A stretch of 64,000 nt of DNA from Azolla caroliniana (GCA_043228905.1 JBHGNT010000012.1:4774001-4838000); one strand, 5' to 3'. Shown: positions 10,701 to 24,589, numbered from the stretch's first letter. The notes: generated from the sequence alone by a model not told the origin. A program made the numbers and translations.

Positions 10701-13700
10701 TAAATCTCTACTATTCATCACCCTGAGATGCTATTATTGAGTCAATGGTTGGTGGTTGCTGAAATTTCACTCTTTTTTGTTGATTCTAATGAGGTACAAT
10801 TGCTTTTGAGCAACTTTGCTTCATTGAATGCAACATCACAACACCTGATTACCTTTGTGAGATGTGGTAACCAAATTTTGTAAGATGTGGTAACCAAAAT
10901 TTGTAACCCGTCTCACCTTCTGCATCGTATCCAAAAAGATGCCTTTGATGGATTTTGCATCCAACTTGTTTCTCATCTCCTATCTAATGTGCACAAAAGC
11001 CTCACAACCAAAATTGTGCAGATGATCATACAAGTTGGATTTGCCAAAACAAATCTCCTCCAATATTCCACCTTTAAGTGAATTGTGTGGGGATCTATTG
11101 TTAATATGCGCACTGCAGTTTGTAAAGCTTGTCCCCAAAATGCATGAGGCGGATTAGCTATGGACAACATACATCAAACCCTATTGTATCGTTCAACCAC
11201 TCCATTAGATGTTGGATTGTATGGAGCTATAAGCTCTCTTTTGATTCCATTTTCTGCACGAAAAGTTGTAAATTGACTACCATTGTACTGTCCTCTATTG
11301 TCTGTCCTTAGACATTTCGGTCATGATAAGGCATGAAACTTTCTAAAAACAGCAAACACCTCAGTCTTATCCTTCGGCAAATATGCCCAAGACTTTTTGG
11401 AGTAGTCATCAATGAAAGTTACAAAGTGTAAGGAGCCTCCTAAGGATTTAGTGGGCATAGTATGCAATGAAGGCATGGTAGAGGATGAATGTCACTTGCT
11501 CTTCACATGCTCGTTCAAGATATGCTGACATACTAAGAGGGAGTGATAACTTGAGTGCCATACTTAAGACACCACTGAGAAGGTTTACCTCATATGTGTA
11601 TGCGTTATTCACACATAGAGATTTTGTGCTTCAATGTATGAATACCCCTTCTTAGGAAGGAGACACATATCAAAAACACATGTATACTCTGGTCCCATAG
11701 GTCAAAATTGGCCTCTTTATTGACTATAAAAATTCTAATTCTAATTCTCTAACCTCCATAGTCGAATCCAGTGCCATCAAATTTCCTGAATTCTACTACA
11801 ACATCGGCTGATGTATTTGCCATGGTGAAAGAAGGAATACAAAACAAACAGGGAAAATAAGTCTCCCACTTATTCAAGGTGGAAGAGTAATCAATGGAGA
11901 TCCTGAAAGGATGCAACACTCACTTTGTTACCAGCTGTAAGTAGAAGATAGAATGACAGTTTTCTGAAATATCTGAAGGAAAACATATAGAAACTAAAAA
12001 CAATTATGAGGTTTAACTCATAGGAAGGATTAAAAAAGTATAAGAAGTTCTGCAAAACAAAAGTCTACCACTTAAAACATATACAAGGTAGGAGTGTACA
12101 CATATATATGTGCTATCCAAGATACATAGAATATGGTCTTAGAAGAAGAGCTTTAAATGCTGATGGGACATCTAAGTCATGGCATCATAAATGCCTATTT
12201 AATGCCGAGTGGATCCCATTCAAACTACAAAAGTTGCAGTACAGTTTTGAAAACGAGACTGTACAAACTTAACAAAAATTAGAAAATATTAAATAATATA
12301 AAAACGTTTTTCTAGTTTACTTAGAGAAACTTAAAGGGCCTTTAATCCCAACACACTTGACCTTGTCCATATACGAATGGATAAGGTTAGTGTTTGTTGC
12401 ACATGCATGAATTGTTTATGAGAACTTCTTGACATATTGTTTTTCTTTACAAAATGTTTGTATTTGTTTTTATTATACAAATATTATGTGAGGGTTTATT
12501 GTAATCCTTAATTTAGTTTACTATTGTTTTCTTGGTGACAATCGTTTGGTTTAAATTGCTTGAATTTCTTTTGTCATTGGATGTGTTGATCGTTTCGAGT
12601 TTTTGCATGGCATTTATGAGAGATGTGATATATTCTGATAATTCTTAAGGTCTATGCTATAAAAGCAGTGTAATAATCTGTGAGCTCTCCGAGTTTAAGC
12701 TAACATTCCTAGTTGGTTGTGACGGAGTATGCCTCATGCAAGAAACTTGATGTACAAAAGTTAAAAGTAAGCTCTAATACCTACATTGCTAATTGCAAGG
12801 AGGATTACAGATAAAAATAGTTGACTACATCTAAAAATAGTGGGATTACAGTATGTGGAGATGCAGAGATCTAATTGCAAGGAGAATCTAATGATTGATC
12901 TAGAAAATCATCATAATCACATGCTTCAAAATTTTCTCCTTTTGACCACTTCATTGCATGGACATACATGTTTTTTGTTATATTTTAATGGGACATTTTG
13001 CTATACATATATTAGTGGAGCACCGGTTTTTATTTAAAAGTATTGAGTGTCTACCTGTTAACCAATGTGGAGGCAGGAAGATGTGAGTTAATCATTTTCA
13101 ATTTCTTAAATTGGGAATGCCACTGAGTAGTTTCAAAATTTCAGCATGAAGCAGATAAACAGTATCATTGGCGTATGGTACACAAAAATAATATCTCTAA
13201 ACTGGAGGAAAGATTGCAAGAGTCTGAAAAAGAGCTTAAAGAAGGTTAGCTGTAGTTTATGAAATAGAATAATAAAGTACATCTGTTGAATCTCATAAAT
13301 GGTTTTTGAGATATTTGATTTATGTATTTTCCCAGGACAAGAGGATCTAATGATTAAGCAACAAGATTTAGATACACAGTCGCATTTTCTTGCTGTAGCA
13401 TCAGCACAGGTTTGCTCATACTTTTCATTTAGCTGTATAGATAGTTAATTCTTTGTATACTCCACAAAATAATTTGATTTCTTTCTTCTTTGTAAGTTAG
13501 CAAAGAAACAGGTGGAGCAGCTAGGTCAGCATCAGCCAGATCTTGTTCAAACCCATAATTTGCAACTTGTATGATCTAAAACCTCTTTATTTTGGTTATG
13601 TTTCTAAATTCTTACTCTTTTTTATTTAAAACTAGAGACATGTGCTTTATTTTCTAGAAAGAAATAAGTTTGGAAATACACCAAAGGAGGAGATTTGTAT

Positions 13701-16700
13701 TTCGTCAACTTTGCAAGTTTTTTCCATTAAAATACATGGTATTGTCCTGATCTTTATTTATTTTTATGTCATAATCGATGAGAATGTTAGAAGTCAAATT
13801 GTTTTTCCTTTATATTAAAGAATAGACTGAGATTGCCAGAATGGTAGTGCATAATTTTACTGGAGTATTATTGTTTGGTGTCCTAGCCAACTGTTGGAGG
13901 AGGTAATAAGGAAACTTCGAGCATGTCCCCATCATGGACTATCTGTGGCTCTCGCTTACCGGTTGGTGATGACCCTCATTCAGTTGGAAAGCAAGACTTG
14001 GCAGCATCATTGGGGTAGGTTAACAAGCAAAATTCTCGTGATGTCTATTAGATTTTGCTCTGTGTGAAATTTAGAGAACCCTTAATTTTGTTGTTCTGGA
14101 TGCAGCTACATGCTTCAGTTACTGCACCTTGCAGCTCATTATCTTGGTGCACCTTTGCTGCATAATGCACATATTAAGGTATGTCGTGTTTTCTTGATGT
14201 GATTTTGACTTTGTAATTTTATATTTTGGTATTGACTTGGATTTGCTGCCATTCTCTCCAGTTGATTTTGCTCTCTAGGGAGACATGCTTATGTCGTGCA
14301 AATGTAGTGCCTAAATAGATGGATACAGTCTGTGTCTGATTATATATGTGGGTTTAATGCTCTCTTGCTTTTAAATCTTGTCTTCTCATGCTCTCTTGTT
14401 ACATACAAATACTTCTAGTCAACTTATTGCAGTCCAGTTCTTTTACTATAGTACTTGTAATCTATATTCAAGTTTATTGTCAACTTTTTCTCATATATCA
14501 AGCACAGGAATATTCTTGGATCATAACAATTTATTTTCATAGACGCGATCTTGCATAGAATATCAGATCTCTAGAAATTTTCAGGAAAGATCTTGAAGTT
14601 GTGAAAGAAGCAAGAAAGCTATATTAGTATTTTTAAAAAGTTGTCTTGTCTATGGGAACATCAAACCAAAATAAATCTAAGTAAAAAAATAATAGAAGTA
14701 GACTAAGATGTGACCAAAGAATCTTGTCATCTATACATGTAAGATTCTTGAGTCAGACATATCGTAATTTTTGTCTTTGGAAGATCTCTAGCATAGGTCA
14801 ATCCAGAATGGAGAGGTTTCCTAGAGGCCAAAATCAGCTTAATAGATGAATCTTGATTATAAATATGGGCGAATTAATGTCATCCATACTAAAACAAGAA
14901 TAAAAATTCTACATTGGCTCCATCACTATTACGTGAACGCATGTGGTGGAATGATCTTTGAGATGCTTTACAAGCATGAAAGTGCATAGCTAATATGTAT
15001 GAGAGTTGTGATGACCAGACTTCATATCCAAAGTTGGTTGGTGTGGTAAAAGATATTGTGAAGAAGTTTAAAAAGTGTGTCTAGGTGTCCTTAACACGGA
15101 ACAAACATGGCGAACAATTATAGTTCGTGCATTGAAGTCTCCTAATAGGTCCCCATAGTAGCAAATCTTATGATATCATCATATGATGGTAGATATGGTG
15201 ATTCACTGAGAGATGCTGTATTTTGTGGAAAAGGTAAAACTAGGATTGAAGCATCATTTAACATGGTGGTATGCTGTAACTTGTGATTGATCATTGAAAT
15301 GCTCAGAATGACGCAACACTTGGTGCTCTCCTAGCAACAAAGTTTGTAGCAAATCTTATGATATCATCATATGATGATAGATATGGTGATTCACTGAGAG
15401 ATGCTGTATTTTGCGGAAAAGGTAAAATTAGGATTGAAGCATCATTTAACATGGTGGAATGCTGTAACTTGTGATTGATCATCGAAATGCTCAGAATGAC
15501 TCAACACTTGGTGCTCTCCTAGCAACAAAGTTTGTAGCAAATCTTATGATATCATCATATGATGGTAGATATGGTGATTCACTGAGAGATGCTGTATTTT
15601 GCAGAAAAGGTAAAATTAGGATTGAAGCATCATTTAACATGGTGGTATGCTGTAACTTGTGATTGATCATCGAAATGCTCAGAATGACTCAACACTTGGT
15701 GCTCTCCTAGCAACAAAGTTTGAGATTGATTAATTGCGGATGTCAGATGCAGGCAGTGAAGTAAAACTGTACCAATCAAGGTATTCACGTCCTTATGAGC
15801 ATTGCATTTGGATACAAAGAAAGTCTCAACTCTAATTCTATCGTATGATGAAAGCTTACATTGGTATCTGTGCAAAAAGCAATTTTATTGCCACTCAGGC
15901 TGATGATGGCAAACCTGGTTTTATATACCTGCCGAATGGTCATGTTTGGCAATCATTACCTGCTTTGCAAATTCTTGAGGCCCCTATTCCAGAATTGGTG
16001 GAAAAGGAACAATAGAGATTGGTATTCAAGAGCAATAGTCAATGCTCACAGTGCACATAAATAATTTTTTCTAAGTTGATTGAAGATAGAACCTGGTAGT
16101 TGTGAAAATATCTCTACATTCATGTTTATGATAGTGGTTTTGACCATTGGACGTGGTATGGCAATCCATTCTTTCATTGCTTGGGAAAGTGCTCTTTGGT
16201 TTGTCTTTAGCAGTGGCTTCAAAATGCAACACATTTGAGACGGGACATGCCCAATTGCTAAAGCTATTTGGGTGCTTTTTGCTCAGGGAGCCGGAGCTTT
16301 ACTCTCCCCTTAGTAAAGGTAGTGTTTGAAGACCTTCAGTATTGAGGTCTATGATATAATTGGGGTATGAGAAATGAGTTCTTAGTTGGTGGTCTTCATG
16401 GAGTACCACAACAGGTATGTAGGTCAATTTGATAGTTCTCGTAACTGAGCTGTGCAGGCACCTTGTCCTTAGATGCATACCTATATGACAGCTAGTCTTA
16501 CAACATCTTAGAAGGTTCGTTTTGCCATTGAGATCCTCACTATTATAGTAGGGCCAACAAGGAGTTTTTTATTGTCATGTTGTACTATATTTTCTAACAA
16601 TATATTTTATTTTAAAAAGAGCATTTTTCTTTTTTAGGGTTCTACATCAAAGATCTGGCAAAGATCATCATATTGGGATTCAAGTTCTGCTTACAGGTAA

Positions 16701-19700
16701 TATTGTTTATATTAATAACCCTTTGGGAAAATTACCAATTACTGCTACAGATGTGGGAATTCTCAAATCACCATCTACATTTCACAAAGCTAATTAATAC
16801 CATATTATCATAAATAAACATCAAGTAAAGCTTTACTACCTACTAAGACAAACAAATAACCAGAACTAATGTATTACTTATTGCAAAGCATAATTAAGAA
16901 TAACGGAAACATAATTAACCACTAAACTTGTTTGTTCTTATGCTAGTTTCGGGTTTAGCATTTGTTCTTATGCAATTTAAAGGTATGGTAATGGTATGGT
17001 GGAGGTGGGCTGGAATAGGCATAGGCTCTTCGCCTTGTGGGTCTCATTTAGAGCTTTAGGGAAAAGGATGTACAACCACAGTGGTAGTGATGACTGCTTT
17101 GGCTTCTTCCCTCACGTCGCTTGCAGTTCTAATTGGATCACATCAACTAAATTGACAGGCTGGTCCTGATAGTTTGTGATAGTACCTGCCCATCCATTGG
17201 CAATGTTATAATGTTTGTGGTGGAGCAGCAGAACTATACGTTGATCATGTCTGTTTCACCAAACGGGCCAATGTACAATATGCCGCACAGTCATTCCACT
17301 GTTGACTGCATGATCCAGATCCAGGATGCCCTTTGCCACTCTCAGACTCATACTGTCAGGGGTTTTAAGTACAACTTTATTCACAAAACCACAGCCACTG
17401 TTTTGAAACCGAAACTGACCATTATCAGGCATAGGAACTCAAGATAGAGCCCCAGCTGGATAGGCGGAATTGCCACAACTCAGACTGCAACTATAATCAC
17501 AATGAACACTGTTGTTGCCACGACTCCAAATGCAGCTACGTTCGTAATGGACACCATCCTGACTGTGATTGTGATTGCGACAATGCCTGTCCCTACCGTG
17601 TTGACTGTTGGTCTGATTTGTGAGACAACATATCCAAGTGTGGCCAGGATCATGGGTATGGTGGGAGGTTCAAAACTGCTACTTGGCCAACCCACAGAAT
17701 ACTGTACATCCAGTTAACAGCCATCAGATTTCCTTTCAGTAACCCTCGCATTAACGAGGTCCTAATCCATACACTCCACTACACTGCTACCATGAGGTAG
17801 CCGAGCCCCACATGCAAACAGGTCCACTGACCAGGATTCAGCTGAAGAAGTTGACCATAGCCATTCGCTGGCCCTTGAATGGTAGCATTGCCACTAGGTC
17901 AGCCACATCAGCAATTAATGATCCGATTGTTAGGTAGATAACTTAATTGGGGCTTGTATCGGTGACATGGTACATGGTTTCACCCAGCAATAAAACTGCA
18001 CTGCGGATGCTTATTTCGAGCTAGAGTGGATCCAGCACCAAACTCAAGAATGAGTTTGGGACATAAACTGCAAGACTACAAAATGAATGGGATAGGATAA
18101 TGTGGAGCAATTGGCATTCACCATTGGAACATGCAGTCGCCTGACCTCTTCAGGGGAATGTAGAAACGTTTTGGACCCAACAGAATCAGCCCTATTAACA
18201 AGGTCCCATCACTTTTGGCGGTGGCCTCTGACAAGATATAGTTGGTTTCTACGGAATGTCAAGTATCCACCCCAATGAAACAACTCCTACATTATGCACA
18301 GAACCACAGAGGTCAAGCAGCTGCAGGCATCGGCTGCACCACCTATGGTTAGTTCTAGATGGAAAATCCTGTGTCTCAACCTGCTAATCATTGTTGTGGA
18401 TCCCTGATGCTTGATGGCAGCACACATGTGCGTGTCATCAGTACGCATATGTATAAGCAACTTGGTTTGTCAAAAATACATCTGACCTGAGCTTGAGAGT
18501 TGTTTCAAGCAGTAACGGAAAAATCTAGGAATCCAAGTTTGCATTGACTACAGGATATTAAAGGCCGCCACTATCTGCGATAGTTTTGCTTCGTAGACAG
18601 TATAGACACCATTGTGGGTCATGAGACATGTAGCTTCATGGACAATTTTAGTGGGTATAATCAGATGTGAATGGTCAAGGAGGGTTAGGAGAAGACTGAT
18701 TTTGGCATGGACTGGGACGTATGGTTTGCAGTGGCCATGGTGTTCATCCTTAAGACAAGACCAGCGACTTTCTAGGGCATCATTGCAAATTTTTTGAGTC
18801 ATACATCCTGTCAATCATGCAGGTATTTCTCAATGATTTCGCAATGTTTGGTGTGGCTGAGAATCATCCTTCTGACATAGTGTCTTGACAATGGCTGCAA
18901 GGCATGATTAAGCTGGCCATGTTTTCTGGCTATATTGTTTGCAAGGAAGGTATTGGGATGAACCCAGGGAAAAGTTAAAGTGATTCTTGATGTGCTGGCC
19001 TCTATGACTGCCTTGGCTGGTTCCTAGGTACGTACAGTGAGGTTCTTTGATATTTGTTCCAATTTTGTGACCTTGCTATACACAACTGTCTACCAGACAC
19101 CTTTCTCTTGGACTCAGATCATTGAAAAAGTGTTCCGGCCTTTAAGATCATCTATCCAACACATCATACTGGAAATCTGAACCTCAGGTCTTTGTGGATG
19201 CCTCGAACATCTTTATTGGCTCTCTTGATGCAAGTATACAAGAACAATTGGTGTCTGGGAGTCTATAATGCTAATCAGAAATTCATGTGCTGAAAATTGA
19301 TCCTCCGAGAGTCGGAGTTTGCCATTTTTCACATTCCGGACACAGAATGCCATTGCACACTATTTGTATTGTTGATGGAATCCTTGTTCTTGAACGCTTA
19401 CGGACTTTGACCAATGGCTAGTGAACATGACATTCTTTTTGGAGAATGGAGTACCCCTAGATGCAATGCAATCTGACATTATAACTTCTGCTTACTGGGT
19501 GGTACAATCTACTACAAGGACACTAACCATATTTGGCAGTGCAATGTCTGGAGCCATGAAACACCAAGACCCACATAGTGGCATCACCGTTTTCATTATG
19601 TTGTGTAAGGCACTGCATGACAAATTTGACAGAGCAACTCATGTGAACAACGGTGCAGAAAGGTGACATTCGTACTGCTAAGTAGCGTGACACGTTCAAG

Positions 19701-22700
19701 CACCTCAGTCAGCCAGTGGAAGAAGTCTGCATGCCACACTGACATGTCCTACCTGTCAAGTCATCCTAGAAACGAGGCCTTCACTTGTCTGACTGTTCAA
19801 ATCTACGTTTGCACACAGGGTACTGATATATCATTGTGGCCAGAGACTACTATGTTGTGGAAGCAGAAAATATTTAACCAAAATAAAGCTATTAAATAAA
19901 AGCAAGAAGCATACGAGAAACAAAGACACAAGAAATTTAATGAGGTTCGGCTAATTTTGCCTATGTCCTCAGACACTACCAAGATTAATATTTCTCTAAG
20001 AAATATTACAAAAGAAGAAGCACCAAGACCAAACTATTATAGATGAGTTTGAAAATAAGATCCCTAAACCTAGGGGAGGGGAGTTCAATTACAAGACTCC
20101 CCCCTCCTTCCCACACCTTTCAATGTGGGATATGGGAAAAAAATGAGCCATCATTCACATACTGTACCAAATAGGTTGTAGTGAATCCGCTCCCTGAAAG
20201 CACTACTGCCTCAGCAGAACAGTTTCTATATGAAAACATCTTCTGCTGCCCCATTGAGTTGGTGAGTAACCAAGGTGGGCACTTCATCAACTGCATCATC
20301 TGGAACCTCATGAACCATATGCTATGATCGACAAGCATGTACTACATACAACTTGTAGGCTAACTTCCATGCAGAGTTGATACATGCAATGCTATAAAGT
20401 GTCTTCAAAAAGATTGTTGGAGAAAACATAACAGATTGGGAACACAAGCTGCAATCCGCTCTATGGGCATACCAAATGAGCTAACAATGTGCCATATCAT
20501 TCAAGCTAGCATTCAGGATGAATGACGTCATGCTGGTTGAATATTACGTTGCCACTTTATGTTCCAAGTTGTAAATCACCTGGATGAAGACACCGCCTGA
20601 CATGAACCATTGGAAAGTGATGCTACAGATGGTACCTATGGAATGGGCAGCCTAAGCAGCTAGATTGAGCCACGACTCATTAATGGTTCCATATGAGTCA
20701 CTGCTATGAAATATTGCTGCCAAACCAAGTAGATGAGGAAAATAATGCCCTGCCATTTGGACACTGAGCTGAAGGGAAACCTGAGGTCAGACCAGTAAGT
20801 TGTCACTTTCTAAAGTTTGTGACACACTCCCTGCCTGGCTCCTCGAGCATAACCAGGAGGGCCTCCTTAGGATTGCAGAACCACCAACACATCCTTGTTT
20901 AGAGGACCATTTCCCATCTATAGTCGATTAAGAGAAATACAAACCATATTCAAGTACGAGAAGTAGATACTCTAACACTCTATATAGAAACTTAACATTT
21001 GAGCTATGGGTTAAAAATGAGGGTCAAGGCTTTGAGGATTAGATTAGATATTTTGTTTGCTTCCATAGAGAGGCCCAATATTGACCCATGGGACCTAAGT
21101 AAAAAAGTTTTCTCAATGTGTGTTTCCTTTCTAAGAAGGGATATTCATATTTCTAAGCACAGAGTCTCAATGTGTGAATATGGTAAAACACATATGAGAG
21201 AAATAAAGACCAAACAAAAGATTACATCTTAAGTGTTGTCTCGTCTTTGAGAACAAATCAAAATAAAATAAATATTACACAGTAAATATGATAGAAAGAG
21301 ACTAGAGAATCTGTTTTTCGGCACATGTGAGATTCTTGAGTTAGATATATTATAACTTTCGTCTTCGAAAGATCTCTAGCATAGGTCAATCTACCATGGA
21401 GAGGTCTCCGAAGTGAGGGAGAACCTGTGATGGCCGGAGATAATGGCCTTTATCTGTAGATGACAAGAGAGACAGAAAGAGAGGGGAAAAAGAGGCCAAA
21501 ATGGCCTATAAGACCAAACAAGAGATTACGTCTTAAGTGTTCTTCTATGAGAACAGACCAAAATAAATGCTATTAAGTAAATAAGATAAGAAGATACTAA
21601 AGAATTTTTCTATCGGTACATGTAAGCTCATGAAAGCGCTGAACGTGACCTTGTCTTTTGCATTAGTAGCCACAAGGTCTTTGCATCTTCCTTTTTTGCC
21701 CTTTTCCCTTTTCTTTGCCTCTAGGTTTGTTCCTTTGGTACCAATGCCAATGTAATATTTAGATAGATTAGATAGATTTTATTGTTGTCTTCAGAGGTCA
21801 AATATGTTAAGTGAAATGTATGTCAAGTACTTAGCAGTGCATCAGGTCCCGGGGTGGAGGAGTTTATTTCTCTGAAGAAATCACAAAATTCCTTTGAAAG
21901 GCAAGACATCTGCATGATTTAACACATATCTAGATATATATATATATAACAAGTGTGTCAAATACAACATAATATAGCAAGTGGGGCCATATGTAATTTT
22001 GACTAATAAATGTTGAACAATGGCTGTAGAGTTCATGAAAAATACATGATTTTATTATAGCTGAGTATTTGTGGTAAACATAGCACTTTCTTTGGACTAG
22101 ATTTAGTTTAACTCTTTGGATTGATATAATTTTTGCTACACTGCTAAGGCTTGATCCTAGGGAATATTGATGCCATCTTCTATTTTTATCTGTTTTTCAG
22201 TGATGAGTACCCGTTGTTTATTCCAACACATGCAAGTTCTCCATTCGAAGAGCAGACATTTTCAGGAAAAGGGACAAGCATAATGGGGTTTTCAACCATG
22301 GAAGGAACTAGTGACAGTAGGGTAGAAGATATCTATGGTAATTCTAAATATGGTAGTAGTTCATTGCAGACCATAGAAATGCACAGTGAAGTGAGAAAAG
22401 GTATCAAGCTTCTGAAAAGGAGTATAGCCTGTGTCTCGTCCTATGGCTACAGTCATCATCTGGTACCTGTGCCGTCCAATATGTCTACATTCCAAATGCT
22501 CACTGAGCTTTTGTTTATGCTTTCATCTAAGGATGTTAGGCAAAGGTATGCTTTTATTTTTTGTAAATGTAAAAGGGAATCCAATGCTGTGTATGATATT
22601 ATTGAATGTGATTTTTAATATGCAGGAGCAGCAAAAATACAATGCAACAGATAAGCAACCTTACCGCGAGTGCCTTGTCGAGTGTGAGCACTATGGAAAT

Positions 22701-23016
22701 AAGCTGGCAAGGGAGAGGCAGCAGAGTATGTCATCGTTACTCTTATTTGTTCATGATTATCAAATCAGTGATTTTAATTTGCTCCCTAATATGCTCGTCT
22801 GCTCAGGATTTTAAGGTTAGTATTGGAGGAAATGGGAGTGTTGCAAACAGCTTTTATTGTATAGCAAGGGATTTTAATAGCATGGAAAGGAAGGTTGGAG
22901 AGAACGTGTCAGATGAATGGAATTTGGTGGAACATCTTACTCTTCCCCCACCACCTTCGGATTCTGAAGATGTAGAACATTGGACTCGAGCAATGTTTCT
23001 GGATGCCACCAAGTAA
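7755..23016 (+). CDS. ATG14: ATG14-like subunit of the class III PI3K autophagy complex, 12 coding exons, about 469 aa
   Basis: Exons 7755-7834, 7948-8035, 13145-13244, 13336-13409, 13497-13568, 13658-13738, 13887-14014, 14106-14178, 16638-16696, 22201-22545, 22626-22725, 22807-23016. All introns GT-AG, phases consistent, total 1410 nt. Motifs match plant ATG14: N-terminal CxxC..CxxC, coiled coil, QLCKFFP, ICGSRLP..DPHS..LAASLGYMLQLL, SKIWQRSSYWD, DEYPLFIP, and C-terminal WNLVEH..PPPPSDSEDVEHWTRAMFLDA. Confidence 0.92.
8467..12353 (-). mobile_element. Ty1/Copia LTR retrotransposon, degenerate and internally deleted, antisense in ATG14 intron 2
   Basis: LTRs 8467-8913 and 11936-12353 (TG...CA). 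TSD CACTT at 8462-8466 and 12354-12358. Degenerate Met-type PBS just inside the 5' LTR and a PPT beside 8913. Remnants of integrase (FVTFIDDYS), RT (KWVYK, IPYASACGSLMYAM) and RNaseH (ALSTTEAEY, LHCDNQ). Confidence 0.92.
11461..11748 (+). mobile_element. 5'-truncated non-LTR retrotransposon 3' end (RTE/RTE-X-like) inside the Copia
   Basis: Encodes CNEGMVEDECHLLFTC, resembling the C-terminal zinc motif of LINE ORF2, then a stop, a short 3' UTR and an (AATTCT)3 tail at 11731-11748. Confidence 0.65.
14640..14840 (+). repeat. Dispersed intronic repeat, copy 1
   Basis: Shares GATTCTTGAGT..AAGATCTCTAGCATAGGTCAATC..ATGGAGAGGT with 21208-21625 and 54730-54850. Confidence 0.75.
15158..15721. repeat. 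Tandem repeat, 3 x 188 bp, in ATG14 intron 8
   Basis: Near-identical units start at 15158, 15346 and 15534 (gtagcaaatcttatgatatc...gcaacaaagttt). Confidence 0.95.
17700..20720 (+). mobile_element. Highly degenerate non-chromovirus Ty3/gypsy pol remnant in ATG14 intron 9
   Basis: RT motif IDTIVGHETCSFMDNFSGYNQM at about 18600-18670. Integrase motifs IIVARDY/CTK, FCCPIELVSNQGGHFIN (about 20240-20290) and DWEHKLQSALWAY. Many stops; boundaries approximate. Confidence 0.75.
19853..20159. mobile_element. Solo LTR, 307 bp, inserted in the gypsy integrase
   Basis: Termini TGTTG...TTCACA and TSD TACTA/TACTG with 1 mismatch. Removing it restores the integrase reading IIVARDYCTK. Confidence 0.8.
21208..21625 (+). 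repeat. Dispersed intronic repeat: ~304-bp unit plus a partial tandem copy
   Basis: gaccaaacaa..gattac.tcttaagtgtt starts at 21208 and again near 21512. The core is shared with 14640-14840 and 54730-54850. Confidence 0.75.
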
Positions 23017-24589
23017 TGTACAACTTCGTTCATGGTTTGTTCATATATGTACAGATGCACCACTTGTATATAGCACTTTCATTTATTAACATTGCCTCTC
23101 TAAAGAGGGAGGCTTATTGTTTTGAGAAGCCAGTACAACCTGTATGTAAGGAAGTAGTGGTTTCCTTTTGAAAGATCACACAAAATGTTGTTCTAGTCAT
23201 AGTTAGCTTCTCTAACCAGATGCAGTTTTATCAATGTCCTATGCATGTAGTGTGTTGATTTAAATATTTTAATGCAACAAAGTAAAGATTGTTGAAGCAA
23301 TCCAATCTCAGTGTATTATTGAGGACAAATATTTTTATCCAAAATCATATTTGATCAATGAAGCACTACCCGACATGTGGATGAGAATGTTTCAAGATAT
23401 AAAGATTAATATGCATGTTATGTACCCAGAACTTCTAACATGTCGAACTTTTGAAACAAATGTTCAATTTAAGAGGATCTTGTTCATGTTTTGCAAGCTA
23501 GATTTTGTCAATGTATAAGTTTATAACGTTACAGCAATCTTTCTAGGATTTTGTTTATAGGGAATGAAAAGACATGGTTACTGTTCCTAGCACACTATAA
23601 GATGATAATTGACAGTTTTCTCTTCAGCCAAGCTCTTCATGGAGTCTATTTGATTGCTTGTTCTATTTGGTAGGTGGGAATCAACAAGAGTTCAGTTTTG
23701 GCTTGACCGGTTTAGGAGTTTCCAACTTGAATTACTCATTCCTAAACTGGTTAAGCTTTGGATTTGTGGAAAGAGTCATTCGTCATTAAAATAATACTAA
23801 ATGTCCATTAGGATTGCAAGATGATTGGAGAATACTATTTAGTGGAGATGGCATTGTAGTTTCAAACCTAATTGTACATTTTCATTTCATTCTAGGCACC
23901 TTACTGAGAAACAAAAAGCAGTTGAAAAGTTCAAATTGTAAATTTGGACAGTAGGAAATATTGCAATCAAGATTTGTTGTGCCAATATTTTCCGGAACTC
24001 ACATTTTGATCTTAATTCTGTTGACATGAATATCTTAAGAGTTATAATTTAGCATTCAATTGTAGATTACTGCATTATGATAAACATTCTATCATGAATA
24101 ACCATTATGACCTCTAAAGTCCCCAATGAAGCTGGGATTGCAAAATAATTGCACCTTTGAATGCATTGATTAAGTCGGAATCAACATGAATATCACAATG
24201 TAAGGATTAGAAATCCTTGAAATGTTGTGAAGTATCCACATGATACATCTAACTCCAACATCAAACAACTTCCAAGGTATGTTTAAATTTTGAATCTAGC
24301 TTTCATTAAAAAAGAAGTGACTTGAGGAAATTTTGGCTTCATTCAAAAATTTTGAATCTAGCTTTTGTTCCAAAAGAAATGACACTCATGACTCAATCCT
24401 ATATTGCCTTATAATTGAGGAGAGTCATGTTAGTTTCAAACCTAACTATAGATTTTCATGTCATATTAGGCACCTTAATGAGAAACAAAAAACAATCAAA
24501 GGTTCAAATTGCATGGTGTAAACATCAACTATTCCATATAATGTATTTCATAAAATTAGTCATCACTTGTTGAAGTACAAGTATTCCAT

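Noticed and set aside
15158-15721. CRISPR-like array
   Set aside because: Whole units are repeated with no unique spacers, and the context is a eukaryotic intron.
15722-16560. Gypsy RT remnant on the minus strand
   Set aside because: Weak motif echoes only; it cannot be supported without a profile search.
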